This document shows positions 33,478-41,966 of a DNA stretch of 64,000 nucleotides, one piece after another. The stretch comes from an uncultured Candidatus Peribacteria bacterium (GTDB lineage Bacteria; Patescibacteriota; Gracilibacteria; Peribacterales; Peribacteraceae): NCBI GenBank assembly GCA_964448405.1, contig CAYUVW010000001.1, forward strand, positions 17,795 to 81,794. Reading direction: 5' to 3'. The translations under genes were made by a program, and so were the position numbers. The notes beneath the pieces are model-generated. The model was not told the DNA's origin. It ran no database searches and saw only the letters and a program-made list of their open reading frames with translations. How positions within the stretch are numbered: the stretch's first letter is position 1; each line of letters starts with the position of its first letter.

Positions 33478-33582
33478 GCAGTAGTCAGTAGGCAGAGCGC
33501 ACTGATGAGTAGACAGTACGTCTCGGAAAGTTGAAAGAGAAAAGCAATCAATCACGCACTGTTTACTGCCTACTGACTACTG
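33478..33582. repeat. 17-bp perfect inverted repeat built from CAGTAGK heptamers (family 2)
   Basis: GCAGTAGTCAGTAGGCAG (33478-33495) pairs with CTGCCTACTGACTACTG (33566-33582). The right arm fills the spacer of the zwf promoter. Confidence 0.8.
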
Positions 33583-33595
33583 ATACACTTCGCGC

Positions 33596-35056
33596 ATGTT
33601 ACGTGCCGAGCGTCCGTTCTCGCTCATCCTCTTCGGCGCTTCGGGTCACCTGGCCAAGATCAAAATCTTTCCGGCGCTCTATTTTCTGGCGCTGAAGAAG
33701 CGGCTCCCGGAGCAGTATTCCATCGTTGGGTATGCACGCACCGCCATGTCCGATGACGTCTTTCGTGCAGACTTTGCCGATGCTGTTCGCGCGAATGTCT
33801 TGGAAGTGAACGAGAAGGTGTTGTCCGAATTGCTTACCCATGTCACGTACCAGGCCGGACAGTACGACAAGGTTGCCGATTTCAAGACGTTGGCTGCCAA
33901 ACTGCAAACGCTCGAAGGAGGCGAAAAGCGCGTGCGCTTGGCCTATTTCTCCATTCCGCCGGCCGTCTTCGGCGCCGTTATCGATAACCTGTGCGCGGGT
34001 GGATTGCATCGCCACGCCGACGGGGAACAGAGCGATTTCCGCTGCATTGTGGAAAAGCCGGTCGGTCACGATGCCAAGAGTTTTCAGGAGCTTCGCGACA
34101 AACTGTATTCCTGTTTCGACCCCAACGAGGTCTACATCTTGGATCACTACCTGGGCAAAGAGGCCGTGCGCAATATCTACTATTTGCGTTACGCGAATCC
34201 GGTCATCGAGGCGCTGCTCAAAAACACGCTCATTACCAACGTGCAAATCACCGCATCCGAAAGCGCAGGTTTGGAAGGTCGCGCCGGATACTTCGATGCC
34301 GTCGGCACGTTTCGCGATATGTTCCAGAGCCACCTCATTCAGATTGCCGCGCTGGTGTGCATGCGCGTGCAGAGTGACGGCGAGGCGCTGAAGGCCGCGC
34401 GCCTAGACGCCATCAGCAAGTTCTATCTGCCACCTGCCGCAAGTTTGGGTGACATCGTTTTGCAAGGGCAGTACGGCAAGGGAACCGCGGGCGGCAAAGA
34501 TGCCCCGGCATACAGCGCCGAAGAAGGTGTGGCCAAGGGGTCGCGCACGCCGACATTCGCCGCCATGAAGCTTGCCAGTCGCAGTTCGCGCTGGGAGGGC
34601 GTGCCGTTCTTCTTCCGTTCCGGCAAACGACTGAAGTCCAAGGAAACGCGCATCAGCGTGGAGTTCCAAGATTCACTCGCCATGCTCGGCAAGACCGGCG
34701 GCGCCAAGCGCAATCGTCTGGATATCATCTTGCAGGGCGAAGCCGGCATGAAGCTCCACCTGCAGACCAAACTTGGTGGCAGCGAGCCGCAATTCCGTCC
34801 GCTGGTCATGGAAGACCCGCTCGTCTGCATGGGTGATTGTATGGTGGAGCACAGCTTGTTGTTGCTCGAAGCGATCAACGGCAACCAGCAATGGTTCTTG
34901 GATCCGGCCGAAGTACAGGCATGCTGGAATCTCATCGATCCCCTGCAGCGTTACTTGGATGACACTTCCACGCCGTTGGCGCTCTATGCATCGGGTTCCG
35001 GCGGCCCCGCCGAAGCGGATGCGTTCATACAGAAGCACGGCTTCCATTGGTTCTAA
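33596..35056 (+). CDS. zwf: glucose-6-phosphate 1-dehydrogenase
   Basis: LILFGASGHLAKIKIFPALY, DHYLGKE, RYANPVIE and RAGYFD. Confidence 0.9.
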   Translation: MLRAERPFSLILFGASGHLAKIKIFPALYFLALKKRLPEQYSIVGYARTAMSDDVFRADFADAVRANVLEVNEKVLSELLTHVTYQAGQYDKVADFKTLAAKLQTLEGGEKRVRLAYFSIPPAVFGAVIDNLCAGGLHRHADGEQSDFRCIVEKPVGHDAKSFQELRDKLYSCFDPNEVYILDHYLGKEAVRNIYYLRYANPVIEALLKNTLITNVQITASESAGLEGRAGYFDAVGTFRDMFQSHLIQIAALVCMRVQSDGEALKAARLDAISKFYLPPAASLGDIVLQGQYGKGTAGGKDAPAYSAEEGVAKGSRTPTFAAMKLASRSSRWEGVPFFFRSGKRLKSKETRISVEFQDSLAMLGKTGGAKRNRLDIILQGEAGMKLHLQTKLGGSEPQFRPLVMEDPLVCMGDCMVEHSLLLLEAINGNQQWFLDPAEVQACWNLIDPLQRYLDDTSTPLALYASGSGGPAEADAFIQKHGFHWF

Positions 35057-35745
35057 TGCGCATTGAAAACGTGACCGCCGGCGAATTTCCGTCCAAAGCC
35101 GCCACCATGTTGGCGGTGCGGATCAAGCGTGCCATCGATCAGCGCGGGCGCTGCGTCATTGGGTTGTCGGGCGGCTCCACGCCGATACCCGTCTACACGC
35201 TGCTCGGTACGGATACGTCCATCGATTGGACCAAGGTCGGTATCTTTCTGTACGACGAACGCTACGTGCCTACCATCGACCCCAACAGCAACCAGCGCCT
35301 TATCCGCGATACTCTGTTAAAGAGCGCCGCCATTCCGCCCGAGGCGTGGGTCTTCCCAGATACCTCGTTGCCTATCGACCAATGTTTGGCCGATTACGCC
35401 GAGCGCGTGAAGGAGCTGTGGGATGATCATTTTCCCGACATTGCCATTCTTGGCATGGGTGATGACGGCCACATTGCGTCGCTGTTTCCACCATTGTCCG
35501 ATGTTGCGCTCTCGGACTCGCTGTTCGCGCTACACACCACAACGAACACGTTCGCGGTACAAGACCGCCTGTCGCTTACGCTCAATGTGGTGGCTGCCGC
35601 ACAATCGCACGTATTCTTGTTCAAGGGCCAGAAGAAGTTCGAGGTGTGGAACGAGATGCTGCAGAGCACCGAAGACGAACGCCGCTGGCCGGCGAAGCGG
35701 GTGATTGATTCCAGTCCGGACTTGACGGTGGTGTTCGGCATGTGA
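35056..35745 (+). CDS. pgl: 6-phosphogluconolactonase
   Basis: GLSGGSTP and GMGDDGHIASLFP. ATG 35056 overlaps the zwf TAA (TAATG). Confidence 0.85.
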   Translation: MRIENVTAGEFPSKAATMLAVRIKRAIDQRGRCVIGLSGGSTPIPVYTLLGTDTSIDWTKVGIFLYDERYVPTIDPNSNQRLIRDTLLKSAAIPPEAWVFPDTSLPIDQCLADYAERVKELWDDHFPDIAILGMGDDGHIASLFPPLSDVALSDSLFALHTTTNTFAVQDRLSLTLNVVAAAQSHVFLFKGQKKFEVWNEMLQSTEDERRWPAKRVIDSSPDLTVVFGM

Positions 35746-35815
35746 GGATTCCAACGAGTTCAGCGAACCCCTGCATTCCTTGGAATCCTTGGTTTCTTTG
35801 GACTCTTTGGAATCC
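35746..35815. repeat. family-1 9-mer array (mostly inverted orientation: CCTTGGAATCCTTGGTTTCTTTGGACTCTTTGGAATCC)
   Basis: Read directly. It starts immediately after the pgl stop. Confidence 0.85.
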
Positions 35816-35818
35816 GCG

Positions 35819-36832
35819 TTATTTCAAGTACAGCGTCGGATTCTTCTTGTTGCCGTTCACGCGGACCTCGAAGTGCAGGTGAATTCCGGTCGGTCCGTGC
35901 ACGCGTCCGGTGTTACCCATGAACGCAATTGCCTGGCCGCGCGTCACGACGTCGCCGTTTTTCACATACATTTCTTTGTTGTGGGCATACAACGTTACCA
36001 GGCCGTTGCCATGGTCGATTTCCACCACGTTTCCATAACCGCCGTTCCAGCCGTATTCGGCACGGATGACCGTTCCCGCCTCGGCTGCGAAAATCGCGCT
36101 GCCGCCTTTATGCTGCATGTCCACACCGAAGTGACTGGAGCCGAAGTACTGGGTGAAGTAACAGTCGCAAGGGTTCTGCAGCACGCCATACGTCGGCTCG
36201 ATGACATAGGTTTTGGGCGGCGTAGTCGGAGTGGCCGGGGGTTTGCTGCCAGGAGTCGTCGGCGGCTTTATGGCAACCACTGGCTTGGGTGCTTCAACAA
36301 TCGGCTTGCCACCCGGAACGATCAATTGTTGTCCGGCCAAAATATAGCCCCCCTTCAGCTTGTTCTGCGTTGAAATTTTCTCGGGGGCAACGGAGTACAA
36401 CTCGGCGATGGCAGACAAGCTCTGGCCGCGCTTTACCGTGTGAATCACGCCGTCGACCGGCAAAATCAGCAGCTTCTGGCCGGGCTGCACCGTTGCACCG
36501 TCGGTTAAGTTGTTGGCCCAACGAATCGTTTCGGGCTTCACGCCTGCGCTCTTGGCGATTGCGCCGATACTCTCGTTCGGCTCGACCGTGTGCAGGATTC
36601 CCTCACTGAAGGCGCTGCGGGTCCCTTGTTCCGTCAGCGACGATGTTTTCATCAGAAAGCCGTCTTCAATGAAAACGATTTGCCCTTCTTCTTGGTCGGT
36701 GAATTCCTGTGGTGCGCTTTGAACGTCGCTCACGTACGGCGGCAGAAACAGCGAGACCACGAACACCACTCCGCAGAGAAGGCGGATGCGCAGGGAGAGC
36801 CAATGCTGAGCGGGGGTGCGTAACGGTCTCAT
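35819..36832 (-). CDS. LysM-LysM-M23 peptidoglycan metalloendopeptidase
   Basis: Two LysM units (HTVEPNESIGAIA..., HTVKRGQSLSAIA...). M23 core HFGVDM...YGNVVEIDHGNGLVTLYAH...GIHLHFEV. Confidence 0.9.
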   Translation of the reverse strand: MRPLRTPAQHWLSLRIRLLCGVVFVVSLFLPPYVSDVQSAPQEFTDQEEGQIVFIEDGFLMKTSSLTEQGTRSAFSEGILHTVEPNESIGAIAKSAGVKPETIRWANNLTDGATVQPGQKLLILPVDGVIHTVKRGQSLSAIAELYSVAPEKISTQNKLKGGYILAGQQLIVPGGKPIVEAPKPVVAIKPPTTPGSKPPATPTTPPKTYVIEPTYGVLQNPCDCYFTQYFGSSHFGVDMQHKGGSAIFAAEAGTVIRAEYGWNGGYGNVVEIDHGNGLVTLYAHNKEMYVKNGDVVTRGQAIAFMGNTGRVHGPTGIHLHFEVRVNGNKKNPTLYLK

Positions 36833-36841
36833 ACGAAGGGC

Positions 36842-37702
36842 CTACAAAGCTTCTTGCACTGCTTGAAGAACATTCAAGGCGTCAGTATACCTGTCCGCCG
36901 ATTTAAGAATCACTAAGAGATACGAGCGCTCTCCTGCAACGAATGCCACAATAAGACATTCACCCGCAGAATCGGTCGTACCGGTCTTCAGACCGAAGAC
37001 GCTGTCGTTGTAGTGCAGCATTTCATTCGTATTCGACAACGCGAATTGCATGCCGTCGCTGCTGGTGATATTCGCAAAACGCATGCCTACCGTCGCACGG
37101 AATGCCGGTTGCCGCAGTGCTGCAACAGAGAGCCAGGCCAAATCTCGCGGCGAGGAATACTGTTGCTGGCTATCCAATCCGGCCGGATTGCCAAAGTGTG
37201 TGTTCGCCATGCCAAGCGCCGTTGCACGCTCATTCATTTCCGCTACGAATTTCGCCACGCTGCGGCTGTGATGCACGGCCAAGGTGTAGGCCGCATCGTT
37301 TGCCGATGGCAGCAGGAGTGCCTTCAGCATGGCGCTCAACTTGAACTGCTGACCTGATTTTGCCTTGAGCGAGCTGCCGCCGATTTCGTCGGCGATTGCC
37401 GGTACGGTCACGGTTTCATCGAGCGAATGATGTTCCAAAACTATCAGGGCGGTCATGATCTTCGTCAGGCTTGCCATGGGTCTGGGTGTATCCGGATTCA
37501 CCGAAAAGAGCTCCTCGCCGCTATCTAAGTCTATGAGCATGACACCCGAAGCACTGAGCGCAGGGACGTTCAGGTGTTCCTGAATCTTTGATGGCGCAGT
37601 TACCTGCACGACTTCGATACTCGGCAACGATGCCAAGTGGACGCTGTCGGCGGTCGGAGGGACCATGCCGAGCAGCAAGAGGGAAGCGATGGCGCGAAGC
37701 AT
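36842..37702 (-). CDS. D-alanyl-D-alanine carboxypeptidase (peptidase S11)
   Basis: SxxK (MASLTKIM), SxN (PSANDAA) and KTG (LKTGTT). Confidence 0.85.
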   Translation of the reverse strand: MLRAIASLLLLGMVPPTADSVHLASLPSIEVVQVTAPSKIQEHLNVPALSASGVMLIDLDSGEELFSVNPDTPRPMASLTKIMTALIVLEHHSLDETVTVPAIADEIGGSSLKAKSGQQFKLSAMLKALLLPSANDAAYTLAVHHSRSVAKFVAEMNERATALGMANTHFGNPAGLDSQQQYSSPRDLAWLSVAALRQPAFRATVGMRFANITSSDGMQFALSNTNEMLHYNDSVFGLKTGTTDSAGECLIVAFVAGERSYLLVILKSADRYTDALNVLQAVQEAL

Positions 37703-37733
37703 GCGTGCGGAAGGGGGAGGGGCGCGTTGGCGC

Positions 37734-38651
37734 TCACTTGTAAATCACTCGATCGGAGATACGCAGGTCGACGTACTCCTTCACCTGATCCAGCGGGACG
37801 GTTTTGAGGAAATCCCGGAAGCGCTGGAATTGTAGTGCCAACGGACTTGTTAGATCAAACCACAAAGAGACCTTATTTGCACGGACGTGGAACTCTTGAG
37901 CGCGGATGAACACCGTAATATCCGTGACCGTAAACCCGAAGTTTTCGGACAGCATGTCCCTGGCTTGGAAAATGGTATGCAGGAATTCCGGTCCGATCAA
38001 AAACGTGCGGTTGGTCGGCTTTACGCCCCAGTCCGTAATGCGTAATTTTGGCAGCGTATCGCCGTCGGTGAGTGCAATGGGGGTGAATATCGCATACCCG
38101 TCTGATGTCACGTATGCATGGCTGCCCGATCCACTCACGGCGCCGCTGCCGACAAAGGGTTCATCCAATTTCAATTCGGCCGCCACCGTATCCAGGTAGG
38201 CGGAAATAATGAGCGTCGAAGGGTATTGCTTAGCAATCTCAATGCGACGAATGTCGGGGTATTGGTCGGCCAGCAGTTCGAATACCTGGTTCTTGGTAAT
38301 GAATGGCAAACGTGTGCGGAACAAGGGCTTGAGCACCTCTTGTACCTCTTCTATATCCAGGCGCGCATCTTGGCGACGGACCTGAATTTGTTTCACGTCG
38401 AAGATCGGCGAAAACATCAAAATGCCGATGACCGCCAGTATCGTGAGCATGAGCGCGATACCCGCCCACACCTTGAACTCCGATCCGATCGCCGATGCGA
38501 CCTTGGTCCACTTGCGGGTGCCGTGAGAAATATTGCGCATGCGACGCCGTACCATCGTCGTGCGATAGTACTTCTTGGCCATGGTGCGCACGAACGGGCT
38601 TGCCGTGCGGTTTAAGTGCTTCGGCAACCTGCTCGGTTTCTTGAGCGGCAT
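37734..38651 (-). CDS. ftsQ: FtsQ/DivIB-like cell-division protein (TM + POTRA)
   Basis: Single TM helix, then FDVKQIQVRRQDARLDIEEVQEVL...YPDIRRIEIAKQYPSTLII. The start may instead be ATG 38582. Confidence 0.7.
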   Translation of the reverse strand: MPLKKPSRLPKHLNRTASPFVRTMAKKYYRTTMVRRRMRNISHGTRKWTKVASAIGSEFKVWAGIALMLTILAVIGILMFSPIFDVKQIQVRRQDARLDIEEVQEVLKPLFRTRLPFITKNQVFELLADQYPDIRRIEIAKQYPSTLIISAYLDTVAAELKLDEPFVGSGAVSGSGSHAYVTSDGYAIFTPIALTDGDTLPKLRITDWGVKPTNRTFLIGPEFLHTIFQARDMLSENFGFTVTDITVFIRAQEFHVRANKVSLWFDLTSPLALQFQRFRDFLKTVPLDQVKEYVDLRISDRVIYK

Positions 38652-38697
38652 GGACGACAGTGTACCAGCAGAGCGGACGGCTGTTTTGGCCTAGAAA

Positions 38698-38786
38698 GGG
38701 ATTCCAAGGAGTCCAAAGAAACCAAAGAGTCCAAGGAAAGTAGGGCATTCTTGGAATCGTCGGAATCCTTGGTTTCTTTGGAATTT
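38698..38786. repeat. family-1 9-mer arrays in both orientations, forming a long imperfect hairpin
   Basis: ATTCCAAGGAGTCCAAAGAAACCAAAGAGTCCAAGGAA ... TTCTTGGAATCGTCGGAATCCTTGGTTTCTTTGGAAT, between the divergent ftsQ and GT4 genes. Confidence 0.85.
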
Positions 38787-38840
38787 CTCAGGTGCAAGAA
38801 CGGCCTTTGGCCAACTCAGTTTCTCTCGTACCATGGGCCC

Positions 38841-39941
38841 ATGCGCCTCGCCCTTGTCGCCGACTGGCTGCCCACGTTCGGCGGCGCCGAACATGTCATT
38901 GCCGCGCTGCACCGCATGTGGCCCGATTCGCCATTGTTCACGACGGTGTACAACAAGAAGAAACTTCCGGCATTGGCAAAAGCCGATGTGCGCACCGTGC
39001 CGCGTTTGCAGTGGCTGTACGGCATCCTTGGACGGCATCAATTCTTGTTGCCGTTGCTGCCGCGCGCAGTGGAGGACATCGATCTCTCCGGCTACGACGT
39101 GGTCTTCAGTTCATCGCATGCGGTCGGCAAAGGTGTGGTCCCGCCGTCGGGCGCCGTTCATGTCTGCTACTGCCACACGCCCATGCGTTACGCCTGGGAA
39201 ATGGAAGCCGAGTATTTAAAGGATTTTCGCATGCGAGGTTGGCTCAAGAAAAAAGTGCAACAGCAACTCAAGCGCCTGCGTCGATGGGATCTGTCCACCG
39301 CACGTCGAGTGGATGTGTTCATTGCCAATTCCACTGAAACCCAGAGTCGTATCGCACGCATTTACGGACGCGACAGCGTCGTTATTCCGCCACCGGTCGA
39401 TGATCGCTTTTTCCAGACTCCACTCGGAGCACAAGGCGGCTATTACCTGGCGCTGGGACGACTGGTCCCCTACAAGCGTTTCGATCTGCTGATTGATCTT
39501 GCCAATGCGCTCAAAATCAATCTCGTTATTGGCGGCACCGGACACGAGGAAGCCCGTCTGCGAGCCATGGCTGGGCCTACAGTGAGGTTCAAGGGCTTCG
39601 TTCCGGATGCCGATCTGCCGCGCCTGTACGCCGACGCGAAAGCGGTGTTGTTTCCGCAGGTCGAAGACGCCGGCATCGTTCCGCTGGAAGCTCAAGCCAG
39701 CGGTGCGCCCGTCATCGCCTTCGGCAAGGGCGGCGTGCTCGACGTGGTGGAGAACGGACGCACCGGTGTACTGGCTACAGCACAAACCGTGGAGTCCTTC
39801 TCGACAGCGGTACTGGAGTGCGAAGCGAAGTCGTGGGACCGCGCTGCCATCCGCGAGAGTGCCCGCAAATTCTCGCAGCAAAAATTCAGCGAGCGCATCG
39901 AGGCCGCCGTCGCCGACGCGGTGAAGAGGTTCGGCAAGTAG
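38841..39941 (+). CDS. glycosyltransferase family 4
   Basis: MRLALVADWLPTFGGAEHV and FPQVEDAGIVPLEAQASGAPVIAFGKGG. The track's N-terminal extension is translated repeat. Confidence 0.85.
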   Translation: MRLALVADWLPTFGGAEHVIAALHRMWPDSPLFTTVYNKKKLPALAKADVRTVPRLQWLYGILGRHQFLLPLLPRAVEDIDLSGYDVVFSSSHAVGKGVVPPSGAVHVCYCHTPMRYAWEMEAEYLKDFRMRGWLKKKVQQQLKRLRRWDLSTARRVDVFIANSTETQSRIARIYGRDSVVIPPPVDDRFFQTPLGAQGGYYLALGRLVPYKRFDLLIDLANALKINLVIGGTGHEEARLRAMAGPTVRFKGFVPDADLPRLYADAKAVLFPQVEDAGIVPLEAQASGAPVIAFGKGGVLDVVENGRTGVLATAQTVESFSTAVLECEAKSWDRAAIRESARKFSQQKFSERIEAAVADAVKRFGK

Positions 39942-39972
39942 GAGTCCAAGGAGTCTTCGGAGTCCCCTCGCA
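39939..39972 (+). repeat. family-1 array, forward (GGAGTCCAAGGAGTCTTCGGAGTCCCC)
   Basis: Overlaps the GT4 stop. Its inverted partner is at 40796-40853. Confidence 0.8.
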
Positions 39973-40003
39973 ATCTACGCAACCGGGGGTATAGACTCTC
40001 TTC

Positions 40004-40792
40004 ATGCAACGCTCAGCCGACTCGCACAAAGGCGATAACGGCAAAGTCGCCGTCATCGGTGGCTCGCTCCATCAGCACGGTGCGCCGCTCTTTTCCGCAC
40101 TCGCGGCAGAAGCGGGCGGAGCGGATTTGGTGTACGTACTGGTGCCGTCCGTCCACGTGGAGGTGACGAAGCAGGCGTCGCCCAATCTGCAAGTCTATTG
40201 GTTCGGTACCGCTACTGCGCCGGATGTCTTCACGCCCAAAGATCACGCTGTGCTTTTGGAATTACTGGCGACCATCGATTGCGCCGTCATCGGTCCCGGC
40301 TTGGCTCGCACGCCTGCCATGCTTTCCGCATTGCAGACCATCTTCGACTCCTCCACCTGCCCGCTCGTAGTAGATGCCACCGGATTGCAGTCATTCACGC
40401 TCTCCGCACTCAAGGGTCGTAACGCGGTGCTCACACCGCACCTGGGCGAACTAGAGCGCATGGAACTGGATCCTGCCCGTGCAGTGGATGCAGCCAAAGA
40501 AGCGAAAGCCACGCTGCTCATCAAAGGCGTTATCGATCGCGTTATTTCCGAGACCGGACTCGAACGCGAGATCCCCGGCGGTAACCCTGGCCTTACCGTT
40601 GGCGGCACCGGTGACGCGCTTGCCGGGCTGACTGCCTCGCTCATCGCTCAAGGCATGCCGCACTTCGACGCGGCCGTCACTGCCAGCACGGTCATCAAAC
40701 GCGCCGGAGCCCTGCTCTTTAACGAATACGGCCATGCCTACGGAACGCGGCGCGTGATCGAATGCATCCCCCGCATCCTGAAGTCGCTCTAA
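40004..40792 (+). CDS. nnrD: ADP-dependent NAD(P)H-hydrate dehydratase (YjeF C-terminal type)
   Basis: HKGDNGKVAVIGGS, AVIGPGL, LTPHLGE and GGTGDALAGL. Confidence 0.85.
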   Translation: MQRSADSHKGDNGKVAVIGGSLHQHGAPLFSALAAEAGGADLVYVLVPSVHVEVTKQASPNLQVYWFGTATAPDVFTPKDHAVLLELLATIDCAVIGPGLARTPAMLSALQTIFDSSTCPLVVDATGLQSFTLSALKGRNAVLTPHLGELERMELDPARAVDAAKEAKATLLIKGVIDRVISETGLEREIPGGNPGLTVGGTGDALAGLTASLIAQGMPHFDAAVTASTVIKRAGALLFNEYGHAYGTRRVIECIPRILKSL

Positions 40793-40795
40793 GCA

Positions 40796-40853
40796 GGGGT
40801 TCTTCGGACTCCTTGGACTCCTTGGATTCTTTGGTTTCTTTGGAATCCTTCCC
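40796..40853 (-). repeat. family-1 array, inverted (GGGGTTCTTCGGACTCCTTGGACTCCTTGGATTCTTTGGTTTCTTTGGAATCC)
   Basis: Starts 4 nt after the nnrD stop. Confidence 0.85.
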
Positions 40854-40867
40854 GCTATGCTTCTCTC

Positions 40868-41539
40868 ATGATCGATCATCCTTTTGCCAACCTCCGGCCG
40901 TTTGCGAAACAGCTGGATGTGTTGTTCTTGGACAGAGCTGACAACGTCGCCTCGGATGCCGACATTAAGCGCGTGACGGCCGTTGACACACTCACGAGCT
41001 TGCACCAGAAGCACGGCAAGAACGTGGTCGTTGTGCGCGAGGAATCCTCGCGAACGCTGCAAGCCGACGGACTCATCACCGATGTCAAAGGCCTGAGTCT
41101 ACTTATTCGTTTTGCCGACTGCCAAAACTTCGTAGTCTACGCGCCCAAGCACAACGTGGTCGGGCTCATTCATGCCGGATGGAAAGGCGTGGTGGCCGGC
41201 GTCATCCCCGAATTCTTTGCCGTGCTCAAACGCGAGTGGGGCATCGGCGCTGCGGACGTCGTCGTTGGTGCTGGGCCGTCGCTGTGCACCGCATGCGCCG
41301 ACTTCACCGATCCAAATACCGAAGTGCCCACGCTGAAGCCGTTCATCGGTGGTCGCTGCGTGGATTTGATTGCCGCTGCCAACAAACAATTTGCCAATGC
41401 CGGTGTGCCCGCAGCCAACATCGAGCGCATGTCCGAATGCACCCGCTGCAACCCCGAAACACTCTGGACCTACCGCGGCGGACATCGTGAAGAGGTGAAG
41501 AACGGCTTCACCAATTGCCTGGTCGCCACACTCCGATAA
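40868..41539 (+). CDS. pgeF: YfiH/PgeF-family (DUF152, laccase-domain) peptidoglycan editing factor
   Basis: LHQKHGKNVVVV, DGLITD, FADCQNFVVY, GLIHAGWKG and GPSLCTACADF. Confidence 0.85.
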   Translation: MIDHPFANLRPFAKQLDVLFLDRADNVASDADIKRVTAVDTLTSLHQKHGKNVVVVREESSRTLQADGLITDVKGLSLLIRFADCQNFVVYAPKHNVVGLIHAGWKGVVAGVIPEFFAVLKREWGIGAADVVVGAGPSLCTACADFTDPNTEVPTLKPFIGGRCVDLIAAANKQFANAGVPAANIERMSECTRCNPETLWTYRGGHREEVKNGFTNCLVATLR

Positions 41540-41619
41540 TTCCGGTCATTTTCCTCGCCCGATATCCGGCCGCGTGGTAGCATTCCCGACTGTCTCGACG
41601 ACCCGTCAGCCCGCGCATA

Positions 41620-41897
41620 CTTTTTCTCTGACTTATCTTACGGGAGACCAAATCACCTCGGCCCGTGGGCCGAGGATGCGGTCACCCACCTGGCGTACCA
41701 GGGATAGAGTCACGCGGAGCAACGGCCGTTTGGACATATCTACACTCACGAAAGGAAACCTCCGGCTCCCAACGACAAGCTCTTGAGCGGAGCGAAAGGC
41801 TTGGCGTGCAGTCCCCTTTGGGGATTCCCTCTCGTGGACTCTCCTTCGGAAAAGGTGCGTCTCCAGGCAGGCAGAGCCTGCCTTCGACGCGTTTTTA
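41620..41897 (+). ncRNA. candidate structured non-coding RNA, class unknown
   Basis: No credible ORF in 427 nt. Nested helices: GGGAGAC (41642) with GUCUCC (41859), and GAGUCACG (41707) with CGUG(G)ACUC (41833). Perfect hairpins at 41656-41675 (8 bp, CGUG loop) and 41689-41702 (UACG-type loop), plus UCCCC-UUU-GGGGA. It ends in a long terminator stem at 41857-41890 followed by GUUUUUAU. Confidence 0.45.
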
Positions 41898-41923
41898 TGA
41901 AAGTTGCCATGGGGCATATATCC

Positions 41924-41954
41924 CCGTAGGCGCGACGCGACGTCGCGCCTACGG
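41924..41954 (-). terminator. 14-bp perfect hairpin 12 nt after the ssb stop
   Basis: CCGTAGGCGCGACG-CGA-CGTCGCGCCTACGG. No strong U tract. Confidence 0.5.
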
Positions 41955-41966
41955 AATAAGAGCTCC

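Noticed and set aside
38616-38840. N-terminal extension of the GT4 gene reading ...ERDSKESKETKESKESRAFLESSESLVSLEFL.
   Set aside because: This is simply the family-1 9-mer repeat array translated. The GT4 family N-terminus (MRLALVADW..GGAE) starts at ATG 38841.
41540-41966. Assignment of the structured region to RNase P RNA, tmRNA, SRP RNA or 6S RNA.
   Set aside because: - I found short RNase P-like strings (GGAGCAA.GGCC, CUUGAGC..GAGCGAAAG, GGAGAGUCCACG on the other strand), but they are in the wrong order or strand to build P4.
- There is no T-arm/ACCA end or tag ORF for tmRNA.
- There is no GGAAGCAGC-type SRP motif.

The region is left as class unknown.
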